Shown here: positions 44,179 through 53,262 of the stretch, in pieces
Layout of the letters: each line of letters begins with the position of its first letter
How positions within the stretch are numbered: position 1 is the stretch's first letter
Assembly (NCBI GenBank): GCA_948465965.1
Contig: CAOJYR010000005.1
Coordinates: forward strand, 714-64,713
Origin: an uncultured Mycoplasmatota bacterium
Lineage (GTDB): Bacteria > Bacillota_I > Bacilli_A > RF39 > UBA660
Direction: 5' to 3'
Length of the DNA: 64,000 nucleotides
The notes under the pieces: generated by a model
Database searches by the model: none
What the model saw: only the letters and a program-made list of their open reading frames with translations
Told to the model about the DNA's origin: nothing
Position numbers and translations under genes: made by a program

Positions 44179-44704
44179 TTATACTGAGAATTGGTTACCT
44201 GTTAGGGGTATTCAAAATGGTATGATTATCACTTATAATAATTTAAAGGTTACTGGTGTTAAAATTGAACCACGTAATATCTTTATATTAGATCCGCAAT
44301 CTCAAAATAATATACTTATTAGTTTAAAGAATTTTTATAATATGATTGATTTTGAGTTTTGGTTGGTTGTTGCGGATAGACCTGTAGATATTTCTGTTTA
44401 TATGTCTCAGTTACAGCTTTTGTATAATGAAACATCTTCTCCAGCAATTAGAAAGTTGATTATGCAGGATATCGATAAGGGTAATACTTTTATTAATAAT
44501 AATATTGTCGATACTGAGTATTATTTCTTATTTAAGGAAAAGGATCCTGATATGTTACAGAAGAAGGTTAGAATGATGATCAATGGTCTTGCGAGTTGTG
44601 GTTTAAATGCTAGTCAAACAAGTAATGATGATTTGCGAGTTGTTCTTGATAATTTCTTAAATGGGGGTAGTACTACACAGTTTGGGACGGTGATGCCAGT
44701 ATGA
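44156..44704 (+). CDS. VirB4-family N-terminal domain encoded as a separate ORF
   Basis: TENWLPVRGIQNGMIITYNNLKVTGVKIEPRNIFILDPQSQNNIL matches the characteristic N-terminus of Gram-positive VirB4/TraE ATPases. ATGA overlap with the ATPase ORF. Confidence 0.6.
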   Translation: MAKKVRNNYTENWLPVRGIQNGMIITYNNLKVTGVKIEPRNIFILDPQSQNNILISLKNFYNMIDFEFWLVVADRPVDISVYMSQLQLLYNETSSPAIRKLIMQDIDKGNTFINNNIVDTEYYFLFKEKDPDMLQKKVRMMINGLASCGLNASQTSNDDLRVVLDNFLNGGSTTQFGTVMPV

Positions 44705-46491
44705 GTATAGGTATAAGAAGTGAGCTTGCTCCTAAGGGATTACATTTTAATCCAAGTGACTTTTTTATAAGTGATAAGTATGCAACTATTTTAACAGTGG
44801 TATCTTATCCAAAATATATTGTTCCAGGATATTTAGCGTCTTTAACGAATATGCCAGGAATTAAGGTTGTTGTTAAACATATACCAGTTCCTTTTCAAAC
44901 TATGGCAAAAATGTTAAATAAGCAAGTAGCTGAATTAAAGGAAAAGTATCAAAATGAACGTGATCAAACTGTTAAAGAAAGAATTAGACAAGATGCTGAA
45001 AGTTTAGAGTATTTTACTTCTATGCTTGCTGGAAGTCAGGCTCGTATTTTCGATTTTCAAATGCATATTATGATTACTGCTGATACGAAAGAAGACTTAG
45101 AATTAAAGAAGGTTAATGTTAAGAATTATTTAGATGCTATGGAATTAAGGGCTATTTCTCTTCGATTTGAACAAGAAAAGGTTTTAAAATCTATTTTACC
45201 TATCTTTCCATCGCAAGATGTTGAACAAAGAATTGGTACCCCAATTCCTTCTGTAACAGTTTCTGCTATGTATCCATTTATTTTTGATAGTATAAAAGAT
45301 CCGGGACTTTCTACTTTGCTTGGAGTGGATTTTTCTGGAGGAGTTATTTTATTTAATCAGTTCTTGTATAAGATTCGTAAAGAGAGTAACAGAAATAATG
45401 CGAATATGATTATTCTTGGTACCTCTGGATCGGGTAAATCTACTGCGGCTAAATTATTACTTAGAAGCCATATTCGAAATGGTTGTCAAATTGTTGCAAT
45501 TGATCCTGAAGATGAGTTGCGTGAGATTACACAAACGTTTGGTGGAGATACTATTGATATAGGTAAGGGTGGAGAATTTGGTCTTATTAACCCCCTTGAA
45601 ATTGTAATTGATGCAGATGAAGAGGAAATTAAACAAGGATTGGGTTATACTGTTTTAACTCGTACTTTGCAGTTTTTAAAAGCTTTTATGAAGTATTATG
45701 ATCCTAGTATTACAGAGGATGTTCTTACAATGTTTAGTGAAATTGTTCAAGATACATATAAACGTTTTGGGATTGATTTTAATACAGATTTTTCTAATTT
45801 TACATCAAAAGATTATCCAACTTTTTCTGATGTATATGCTACTATAAGAGGAAGACTTTTATCAATGACTGAACAGACACAAGAGCGTGATATCATGGAA
45901 CGTCTTGAATTAAAAGTTAGACCTATAACGAAAGAGTTGAGATTTTATTTTGATGGGCATACTACATTGAGTCGTGATAGTGATTTTATGGTATTTAATA
46001 TAAAAGAGTTAATGAACAGTGATTCTAATGTTCGTAATGCGCTATTCTTTAATGTATTAAAATATGCCTGGGGACTTTGTTTAGACTTTAATGTTGATAC
46101 AGTTCTTATGGTAGATGAAGCACATGTTTTATTAGGTGATAATAATGCACTAGGAGCTGATTTCTTAGCTCAGGTTCAAAGACGTGCACGTAAGTATAAT
46201 ACTGGTACAATTATAATTACTCAACAGCCTAGTGATTTTTCAGATCCTGCGGTAATTACTGAGGGTAAAGCTATATTTGATAATGCTTCTTATTATTTAG
46301 TTATGGGACTTAAAAAACAGGCTGTAGAGGATTTGAGTTTACTTATAGATTTGAATGATAGTGAAAAAGAAAGTATAAAAAGATATTCTCAAGGTGAAGC
46401 GTTATTTGTTTGTGGAAATAGACGTATGAGAATTAATGTTGCGGTTACTAAGGAAGAGTTAGATTCCTTTGGTAGCGGTGGCGGATTTTAA
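44701..46491 (+). CDS. virB4: VirB4-type T4SS ATPase (middle + ATPase domains)
   Basis: Walker A ILGTSGSGKST, Walker B LMVDEAHVLL, IIITQQPSDF. Confidence 0.85.
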   Translation: MSIGIRSELAPKGLHFNPSDFFISDKYATILTVVSYPKYIVPGYLASLTNMPGIKVVVKHIPVPFQTMAKMLNKQVAELKEKYQNERDQTVKERIRQDAESLEYFTSMLAGSQARIFDFQMHIMITADTKEDLELKKVNVKNYLDAMELRAISLRFEQEKVLKSILPIFPSQDVEQRIGTPIPSVTVSAMYPFIFDSIKDPGLSTLLGVDFSGGVILFNQFLYKIRKESNRNNANMIILGTSGSGKSTAAKLLLRSHIRNGCQIVAIDPEDELREITQTFGGDTIDIGKGGEFGLINPLEIVIDADEEEIKQGLGYTVLTRTLQFLKAFMKYYDPSITEDVLTMFSEIVQDTYKRFGIDFNTDFSNFTSKDYPTFSDVYATIRGRLLSMTEQTQERDIMERLELKVRPITKELRFYFDGHTTLSRDSDFMVFNIKELMNSDSNVRNALFFNVLKYAWGLCLDFNVDTVLMVDEAHVLLGDNNALGADFLAQVQRRARKYNTGTIIITQQPSDFSDPAVITEGKAIFDNASYYLVMGLKKQAVEDLSLLIDLNDSEKESIKRYSQGEALFVCGNRRMRINVAVTKEELDSFGSGGGF

Positions 46492-46510
46492 AATAGGTAT
46501 TTAGAAGTAG

Positions 46511-48739
46511 GTGATGTCGGTGCCAAATGTTGGGAATAATAATCAATCTAGTGGTCAACAAGGTTATAGTGCCAATAGAACTGGCACTGGTAAAAACACC
46601 AATAATAATGATAATGTAAATTCTAATAAAAAATCAGGTGAAGTATATAAAGCAAGACCTGAAGATACAACTAAGAATCAAGAACAACCAAGTTCTTCTA
46701 AGAAAGCAGCCAAGACTGCAGCTAAGGCTGCTGGTGCATATTTGGGCGGACCTGTTGGTGCCAAAGCTGTTGATGCTCTTTCCAAAACAAAAATGGGAGA
46801 TAAAATATTAAATAATGCAGCTAAGAAGGTTGATAGAAATCCAATCATGAGGAGAGCTGCTAAAAAATTGGATGATAAAGGTGCCATTGATGTGGCAGAT
46901 AAAGCTATTGATATAGCAGGGTCAAATCCTAGTGCTGCTAGTGGTAATTCAGGAGCTAATAATGGTGCTAAAGAAGCATCATCGGATTCTTCTAGTGGAT
47001 CAACTGGTGGTGGTATGGGTTCTAACTTTTTACCCGGACCTTTTGGTAGAAAAAAACCTAATTTTTTAAACAATGATGAAGATAATAAGGATTCAAATAA
47101 AGATTCTTCTTTTAACGGAATTTTTTCTGGTTCTCTTTCTATTAAAGTTGCAGTTATGGTATTTGCTCCTGCGCTTTTGTCTTTATTGTTGTTTTCTACT
47201 GTTATATTAGCAGCATCAGGTGGTACTAGTACTTATGATGATGCAATGGGAGTTAGTGATAGTACAGGAGGTAATACCGGAAATATTGGTTATAATGCAT
47301 CAAGTCCTGAGGCTAAGGCTTTTTATGAAAGAGTAAGGGATGTAAAAAGTGAGTATCAATCTAATGGAAAGAATATAGATGTGATCTATATTGCGGGTGT
47401 TTTTTATTCTTTACAAAGTAATGTGTCTGGCATAGATTATGATTCGATGTCCACTTCTAGAATAAAAGAAATTGCGGATGCTATGTTTAAAGAAGAAAGT
47501 ACAACTTTCGATAAGGATGTCTTTCAGGATAATTTAGTTAATCATGTTTTTTTAAATTATTTACCAAATTCTAGTGTAGCGAAAAGAAAGAAAATGGCAA
47601 AAGATGCCTTAGAATATGCTAATAACTATAAAGATTTGGTTAGAGAGTGGGAAAAGGGATCTACTGGTGACTATTGTATAAGTAGTGATTTACAGGCCGA
47701 TACTTTATGCAAGCTTCATAATGAAGGCAATTTAGCAGAATGGATTAATCAGTTTGGACCAGTTGCTCAACAGGATTATAGTCGTACTGGTGTTTTTGCA
47801 TCTATTACTATGGCTCAGGCAATAATAGAGTCTGGTTGGGCATGTAGTGATATACAGAATAATTTATTTGGTATTAAATGTAATGGTTATTCAACGTGTA
47901 CGAATGTTGCAACACATGAAGAAGTTAACGGTCAATCCGTTGCTATTACTGATTCATTTAGAACTTATCCTAGTATTGCACAATCCATTATGGATCATTC
48001 GAACTTTCTAATGGAGAATCAAAGATATACAACAGCAGGTGTATTTAGTGCTAAAAATTATTCTGATCAAGCATATGCATTAAAAAGAGCTGGTTATGCT
48101 ACATCTAGTTCTTATGCAACTACCTTAATTAATGCTATAGAGCAATATAATTTGTCACAATATGATGTAGTTGTTAATACATCATCTAGTGGTTCTTGTT
48201 CTGGAACTGGAACATCTTTGGGTGGATGGACCTTACGTACTGTTGCTCCAACAGCTAGAGATGTAGCGTTTACCTATAAAAATTCAAATCGTGGTCAATG
48301 TGTATGGTATGCACAGGCGCGTGCTATTGAAATTGCACAGGATTTGGCTTCTAAAGGTAAAATAACTAGTGAACAAGCTGACAAAATTAAAAATCAACTA
48401 CTAAACGTTTATGGTAATGGTGGAGATTGGTATAATAATACAAGAGGAAAATTTAAAGGTAGTAATAATATAAAGGATTTAAAAGCAGGATCTATTATTT
48501 CGTGGACTCAACCTGGTGGATATGGACATGTTGCTATTATTGAAGATGTCACTGATAGAACAGTTACGGTTACTGAGGGTTGGGCTGATAATACAACTAG
48601 TTGTCCTAATAGTTGGGGATGTGTTAACTTTAGAAGTAAGACTGTATCATTAGATGATTTTTATAATTCTTATGGAAAATATTATTCAGGAAGTTATAAT
48701 TTTAGTGGATATGTTTACTTTTTAGAATTAGAAGGCTAG
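46511..48739 (+). CDS. T4SS-associated bifunctional cell-wall hydrolase (GH73 glucosaminidase + CHAP), VirB1 analog (CwlT/PrgK/TcpG-like)
   Basis: ~210-aa low-complexity N-terminus, one TM. GH73 pattern AQAIIESGWACSDIQNNLFGIK...YATSSSYA. CHAP pattern RGQCVWYAQARA...GYGHVAIIE. Confidence 0.8.
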   Translation: MMSVPNVGNNNQSSGQQGYSANRTGTGKNTNNNDNVNSNKKSGEVYKARPEDTTKNQEQPSSSKKAAKTAAKAAGAYLGGPVGAKAVDALSKTKMGDKILNNAAKKVDRNPIMRRAAKKLDDKGAIDVADKAIDIAGSNPSAASGNSGANNGAKEASSDSSSGSTGGGMGSNFLPGPFGRKKPNFLNNDEDNKDSNKDSSFNGIFSGSLSIKVAVMVFAPALLSLLLFSTVILAASGGTSTYDDAMGVSDSTGGNTGNIGYNASSPEAKAFYERVRDVKSEYQSNGKNIDVIYIAGVFYSLQSNVSGIDYDSMSTSRIKEIADAMFKEESTTFDKDVFQDNLVNHVFLNYLPNSSVAKRKKMAKDALEYANNYKDLVREWEKGSTGDYCISSDLQADTLCKLHNEGNLAEWINQFGPVAQQDYSRTGVFASITMAQAIIESGWACSDIQNNLFGIKCNGYSTCTNVATHEEVNGQSVAITDSFRTYPSIAQSIMDHSNFLMENQRYTTAGVFSAKNYSDQAYALKRAGYATSSSYATTLINAIEQYNLSQYDVVVNTSSSGSCSGTGTSLGGWTLRTVAPTARDVAFTYKNSNRGQCVWYAQARAIEIAQDLASKGKITSEQADKIKNQLLNVYGNGGDWYNNTRGKFKGSNNIKDLKAGSIISWTQPGGYGHVAIIEDVTDRTVTVTEGWADNTTSCPNSWGCVNFRSKTVSLDDFYNSYGKYYSGSYNFSGYVYFLELEG

Positions 48740-48746
48740 GTGGAAT

Positions 48747-49436
48747 ATGAAAAAAATTTTTAAACTTTTCTTAATAATTATTTTAACTTTATTTATTAGT
48801 GGTTGTACTGTTAAATATGATTTAACTATCGATAATAATGGTATGTATGAAAATATAAGATTATATTTTGTTAATAATGCAGAAAATAATAAGTTGGTTG
48901 ATAGTTTATATAGTCAAAATAGATCTGCTTATTATGATTTTGATACAAATATGACAAACTATTATAAAACTACTAAGGGTATTGATAAAGATCATGATTT
49001 ATTATATTTGAACTATTATTATGAATATAATGAAAATAAACTTCAGAATTCTAATGCAATTAATGAATGTTTTTATAATAAAAGTGTTACTAAAGATGAG
49101 AAGTATATTACTTTAAATACTAGTAAGGGATTAGACTGTATTTATCGTGATACAGTGAAGCAGATTGATAAATTAGAAATTAACATTAAGACTAAATATT
49201 TAGTTGTTGAATCTAATGCTGATAGTGTTTCTAAAAATACATATACTTGGAAAATTACAGATAAGAATTATAATGAAAAATCAATATATATGAAAATTGA
49301 TTATAAAAATAACTATAAGGAAGAAACTCCAATTTATATTATATTAGTGTTATTTGGTATAGTAATAGGTGGTTTTATACTTATCATAGCGTTAAAATTA
49401 AGAAGAAATAGGACGTATGATAAAAAATATAAATGA
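48747..49436 (+). CDS. Lipoprotein with C-terminal TM anchor (unknown T4SS accessory)
   Basis: Lipobox LFISGC after a signal peptide. C-terminal helix IYIILVLFGIVIGGFILIIALKL followed by RRNR. Confidence 0.55.
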   Translation: MKKIFKLFLIIILTLFISGCTVKYDLTIDNNGMYENIRLYFVNNAENNKLVDSLYSQNRSAYYDFDTNMTNYYKTTKGIDKDHDLLYLNYYYEYNENKLQNSNAINECFYNKSVTKDEKYITLNTSKGLDCIYRDTVKQIDKLEINIKTKYLVVESNADSVSKNTYTWKITDKNYNEKSIYMKIDYKNNYKEETPIYIILVLFGIVIGGFILIIALKLRRNRTYDKKYK

Positions 49437-49484
49437 CAAAAATACTATTCAATGTTATAATATATTGCGAAAGGACGTAGTAAT

Positions 49485-51683
49485 ATGAAATTTAAATTCA
49501 GGGCTGATCCAGAAGATATAACAATTTTTGTTATATTTGCTGTTTTTTTACTTTATGTAGTTTGTGTTGGAGTACTTAATCTTCATTCTTTTGCAACTGA
49601 GGGGTATTTGTATGGATTAAATCCGTTTCCTGCTTTTTCTCCTAGATTTATCGCGGCTACTTTAACTTTATATTTTTTAACTTTAGGAGGACTCTTGGTA
49701 AGTGTTAGTTCTTACTTTTTTGAACGAGAGAAGGGCTTTGGTTTTACAACAGATAAGAAAGATAAAGGTTATTCTAGATGGGCTAAGGAAAAAGAAATTA
49801 AGGAAGAGCTTGAACAAGTAGAAATTAAGCAAAAAAATTCTAAAGTGGCTGGAGTTCCATTAATTTTAAATGATAAAGAGATGTGGGTTGATAATAGTGA
49901 ATATCACTCATTAGTTATTGGTGCTACTGGTTCAGGTAAAACACAAACAGTAATTCTTCCTTTGGTTCATAGTTTAGCTAAGGCTAAAGAATCAATGATT
50001 ATTACCGATCCTAAAGGTGAAATTTATGAAAAAACGAGTACTATGCTTCGTGATAGAGGTTATCAGATTTTACTTTTGAACTTTCGTGATCCTCAAAATG
50101 GTAATGCATGGAACCCAATGACTTTACCCTATCAAATTTATAAATCTGGTAATCAAGATAAAGCTATTGAGTTATTAGATGATTTGGCTTTAAATATTTT
50201 GTATGATGAATCAAATAAAAACGCTGATCCATTTTGGGAAAAGACTTCTGCAGATTATTTTTCAGGAGTTGCCCTTGGACTTTTTGAGGATGCTAAAGAA
50301 GAAGAGATTAATATTAATAGTATCTCCTTAGCAACTACTGTTGGTGAAGAGAAATTTGGTGGATCAACATATATTAAAGAATACTTCGGAGCAAAAGATC
50401 CAGCTAGTGCAGCAGCAATAAATGCTTCTAGTACTATTATGGCTCCAACTGAGACAAAAGGAAGTATTTTATCTGTATTTAAACAAAAGGTTAAATTATT
50501 TGCATCGCGTGATAATCTAAGTGAGATGTTATCGCATAGTGATATTGATTTAGCGAGTATTGGTGAACGTCCTACAGCTGTATTTATTGTTATTCAAGAT
50601 GAGAAAAAGACTTATCATTCGTTGGTTACTATTCTTTTAAAGCAAATCTATGAAACTTTAATAAGTGTTGCACAAAACAATGGTGGTAAATTACCAGTAA
50701 GAACAAATTTCCTATTAGATGAGTTTGCGAATATGCCACCTTTAAAGGATGTTACTACTATGATTACTGCGGCTCGTTCTAGGTTGATTCGTTTTACGAT
50801 GATTATTCAAAACTTTGCTCAACTTGATCAAGTTTATGGTAAAGAGAATGCAGAAACTATACGTGGTAACTGTGGTAATATTATTTATTTGATTACTACT
50901 GAACTTAAGGCTTTGGAAGAGATTTCTAAGATGTGTGGTGAAGTTAAGTCTAAAAAAGATGATAAAACTGCTTCTACTCCATTAGTTACAGTTTCAGATT
51001 TACAAAGAATGAAGCAATTTGAAGTTATTATTCTTCGTATGAGAAAGCAGCCTTTTAAAACCAAGTTTACACCATACTTTAAGCTTGATTGGGGAAAGAA
51101 GTATCCTAAGGCGGAATATCCTGAGCGTGAAAAGCAAGTGGTACATACCTTTGATATAAAAGAATTTGTAAAAGATCAAAAGAAGAAAAAGCTATTAGAA
51201 ATGATGAATGCTGCAGATGATGAGAAAAAGGAAATGCCTAAACATCAGGAAATGTTTGGTGGAACGCCTAGAGGATCTAATCCGTTTATGGGAGATAGTA
51301 ATCGAAGTTTGCCTAATGGTATGATGCCAGGATTTATGATGGGAGGAAATGATAATCCATTTTCTTCTAAACCTGTCCAGAATCAAATGTCGCCTTTTTC
51401 TAACAATGATAATTCTTCTATCAAGTCTTCTTCTAAGGATGATGGAATTGGTTTTGATGTAGATGAGTTAGTTAAAAAGATTGATGCAAAGATTGCAGAA
51501 CTAGAAGAGGAAGAGAAGAGAAATAAAGAGGAACAGAAGAAGGAAGAAGAAAAGAAGGTAAATACAGACAAAACAGTAGCAATCCCTGATAAAATTGAGG
51601 AGAAAAAGTCGTCAAGTAATGATTTAGTTATTGATGATGATCCTGATGATGATGAATTTTTTGATGACTTTTTTGATAATTAA
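49485..51683 (+). CDS. virD4: VirD4/TraG-type type IV coupling protein with acidic low-complexity tail
   Basis: Two N-terminal TMs, Walker A VIGATGSGKTQ, ITDPKGE, Walker B FLLDEFANM, FTMIIQNFAQL. Confidence 0.85.
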   Translation: MKFKFRADPEDITIFVIFAVFLLYVVCVGVLNLHSFATEGYLYGLNPFPAFSPRFIAATLTLYFLTLGGLLVSVSSYFFEREKGFGFTTDKKDKGYSRWAKEKEIKEELEQVEIKQKNSKVAGVPLILNDKEMWVDNSEYHSLVIGATGSGKTQTVILPLVHSLAKAKESMIITDPKGEIYEKTSTMLRDRGYQILLLNFRDPQNGNAWNPMTLPYQIYKSGNQDKAIELLDDLALNILYDESNKNADPFWEKTSADYFSGVALGLFEDAKEEEININSISLATTVGEEKFGGSTYIKEYFGAKDPASAAAINASSTIMAPTETKGSILSVFKQKVKLFASRDNLSEMLSHSDIDLASIGERPTAVFIVIQDEKKTYHSLVTILLKQIYETLISVAQNNGGKLPVRTNFLLDEFANMPPLKDVTTMITAARSRLIRFTMIIQNFAQLDQVYGKENAETIRGNCGNIIYLITTELKALEEISKMCGEVKSKKDDKTASTPLVTVSDLQRMKQFEVIILRMRKQPFKTKFTPYFKLDWGKKYPKAEYPEREKQVVHTFDIKEFVKDQKKKKLLEMMNAADDEKKEMPKHQEMFGGTPRGSNPFMGDSNRSLPNGMMPGFMMGGNDNPFSSKPVQNQMSPFSNNDNSSIKSSSKDDGIGFDVDELVKKIDAKIAELEEEEKRNKEEQKKEEEKKVNTDKTVAIPDKIEEKKSSSNDLVIDDDPDDDEFFDDFFDN

Positions 51684-51697
51684 TAGGAGGACATAAT

Positions 51698-52879
51698 ATG
51701 AGTGATAAATTTAATGTAGGTAAGATTAATGTTTTAGATACAGAAGAAAAAGAGGATACTCCTAAAGATAATAAAAATAGTAATGAATTTAAAAAGAAAA
51801 TGTTGAAATTATCAGGAATTATATTAGGTGGGTTGATTCTATTACTATTGATTTTGGCTGTTTTTTCTCTTTTTTCTAAAAAGGATTATTCTTATGATGA
51901 TATTGAAGAGATTTTAAAGAATGCTGCGATAAGTTATTTTGGTGATCATAAGAAAAGTTTACCAAAGGATGAAGAACAAGTTGTTGAAATTAATTCTTCT
52001 ACTTTAATTGCTTCTGAATATATGAAGGAAATGGAAAAATATACAGGTGAGGATATTAGTTGTACGGGAAAAGTTATTGTACAAAAAAGCGGTAACGATT
52101 ATTCTTATACTCCTTATCTAAATTGTGGTGAAAATTATGCTACACAATCACTTTACCAGATTGTTACTAAGAAGACTGTTAATAGCGGGGCAGGTTTATA
52201 TAATTCTAATAACTCTTATGTATTTAGGGGAGAAGATGTAAAAAATTATGTTGAACTTGATCGTTCTTTATGGAGAATAGTTAAAATTACTTCGGATAAT
52301 AAAATTGTTTTGGTTTTAAATGGAGAATATAACTATAATTATCCATGGGATAATCGTTATAATATGCAGTCTAAATACAATTCTGGAATCAATCAGTATG
52401 ATGCTAGTAGAATAAGATCATATTTAAATGACATATATAAAGATAATGAGGATACTACTGCTATATTAAGTAGTAATGATAGAACTAAGCTTTCTAGTTT
52501 TAATTTATGTGTAGGAAATCGTAGTACTTTTGAAGAAAGTAAGGATAATTCTATTGAATGTTCCAATAATTTGTCTAATCAAAAAATTGGATTGTTAACT
52601 GTTTCTGATTATATTAATGCTAGTATTGATAGTAATTGTTTAAATTCACTTAGTCAGTCTTGCCAAAATTATAACTACTTAGAGACTGATTTTGATTGGT
52701 GGTTAGCAACATCTGTTCAAGATAGTACAGATTATGTGTTTTATGTTGATAATGGTGGAGTAGTAAAATCTGAATCTGCATCTGTTTATGCAGGTGTTAG
52801 ACCCATAGTCTATTTATCTGATACAACTTTATTTAAGAGTGGAAAAGGTACAGAGAAAAGTCCTTATAAAATAAAATAG
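51698..52879 (+). CDS. Membrane-anchored surface protein, paralog of 28832..30640 (pilin-like head + one GVRP-type module)
   Basis: The N-terminal TM and head domain align with ORF 28832 (...YF...LP...C-x-G-x-V-x-V...Y-x-Y-x-x-YL-x-CG). C-terminus is WWLATSV...YAGVRPIVYL...GKGTEKSPYKIK. Confidence 0.6.
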   Translation: MSDKFNVGKINVLDTEEKEDTPKDNKNSNEFKKKMLKLSGIILGGLILLLLILAVFSLFSKKDYSYDDIEEILKNAAISYFGDHKKSLPKDEEQVVEINSSTLIASEYMKEMEKYTGEDISCTGKVIVQKSGNDYSYTPYLNCGENYATQSLYQIVTKKTVNSGAGLYNSNNSYVFRGEDVKNYVELDRSLWRIVKITSDNKIVLVLNGEYNYNYPWDNRYNMQSKYNSGINQYDASRIRSYLNDIYKDNEDTTAILSSNDRTKLSSFNLCVGNRSTFEESKDNSIECSNNLSNQKIGLLTVSDYINASIDSNCLNSLSQSCQNYNYLETDFDWWLATSVQDSTDYVFYVDNGGVVKSESASVYAGVRPIVYLSDTTLFKSGKGTEKSPYKIK

Positions 52880-52880
52880 G

Positions 52881-52910
52881 AGTCTATAATTATTAGACTT
52901 TCTTTTTTTT
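52881..52910 (+). terminator. Terminator closing the 27-kb locus
   Basis: AGTCTA-TAATTAT-TAGACT hairpin followed by TTCTTTTTTTTT. Confidence 0.6.
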
Positions 52911-52937
52911 CATAACTTATACTAGAGGTGATTAAAA

Positions 52938-53228
52938 TTGAGTATAAGTATGGAAGAGTTGGTATCTAAATTAGGTCATGAGAATATTAATTTGATAGAT
53001 ATTCGTGATAAGTATAAATATAATATATCACATATAGAGGGAGCTATTAATATACCTAGCAATTATTTAATTACTAATCCAGGAGACTATTTAGATAAAG
53101 ATAAAACATATTATTTATATTGTTATAATGGGCATATTAGTAGTGATGTTAGTTTAGAACTTAATTATTTGGGGTATAATACTAAAAATGTTTTAGGTGG
53201 ATATAACTATTACTTGTTAATAAAATAA
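52938..53228 (+). CDS. Single-domain rhodanese-like protein
   Basis: LIDIRDKYKYNISHIEGAINIP and active-site loop YLYCYNGHIS. TTG start 7 nt after AGAGGTG. Confidence 0.7.
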   Translation: MSISMEELVSKLGHENINLIDIRDKYKYNISHIEGAINIPSNYLITNPGDYLDKDKTYYLYCYNGHISSDVSLELNYLGYNTKNVLGGYNYYLLIK

Positions 53229-53262
53229 AATTGTACTATAATAAATTAGAAGGTGATAAGAT

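Noticed and set aside
46678-47073. 131-aa antisense ORF inside the hydrolase gene
   Set aside because: It mirrors the low-complexity A/K/G/S region of the sense gene, has no RBS, and the sense ORF has clear catalytic domains.
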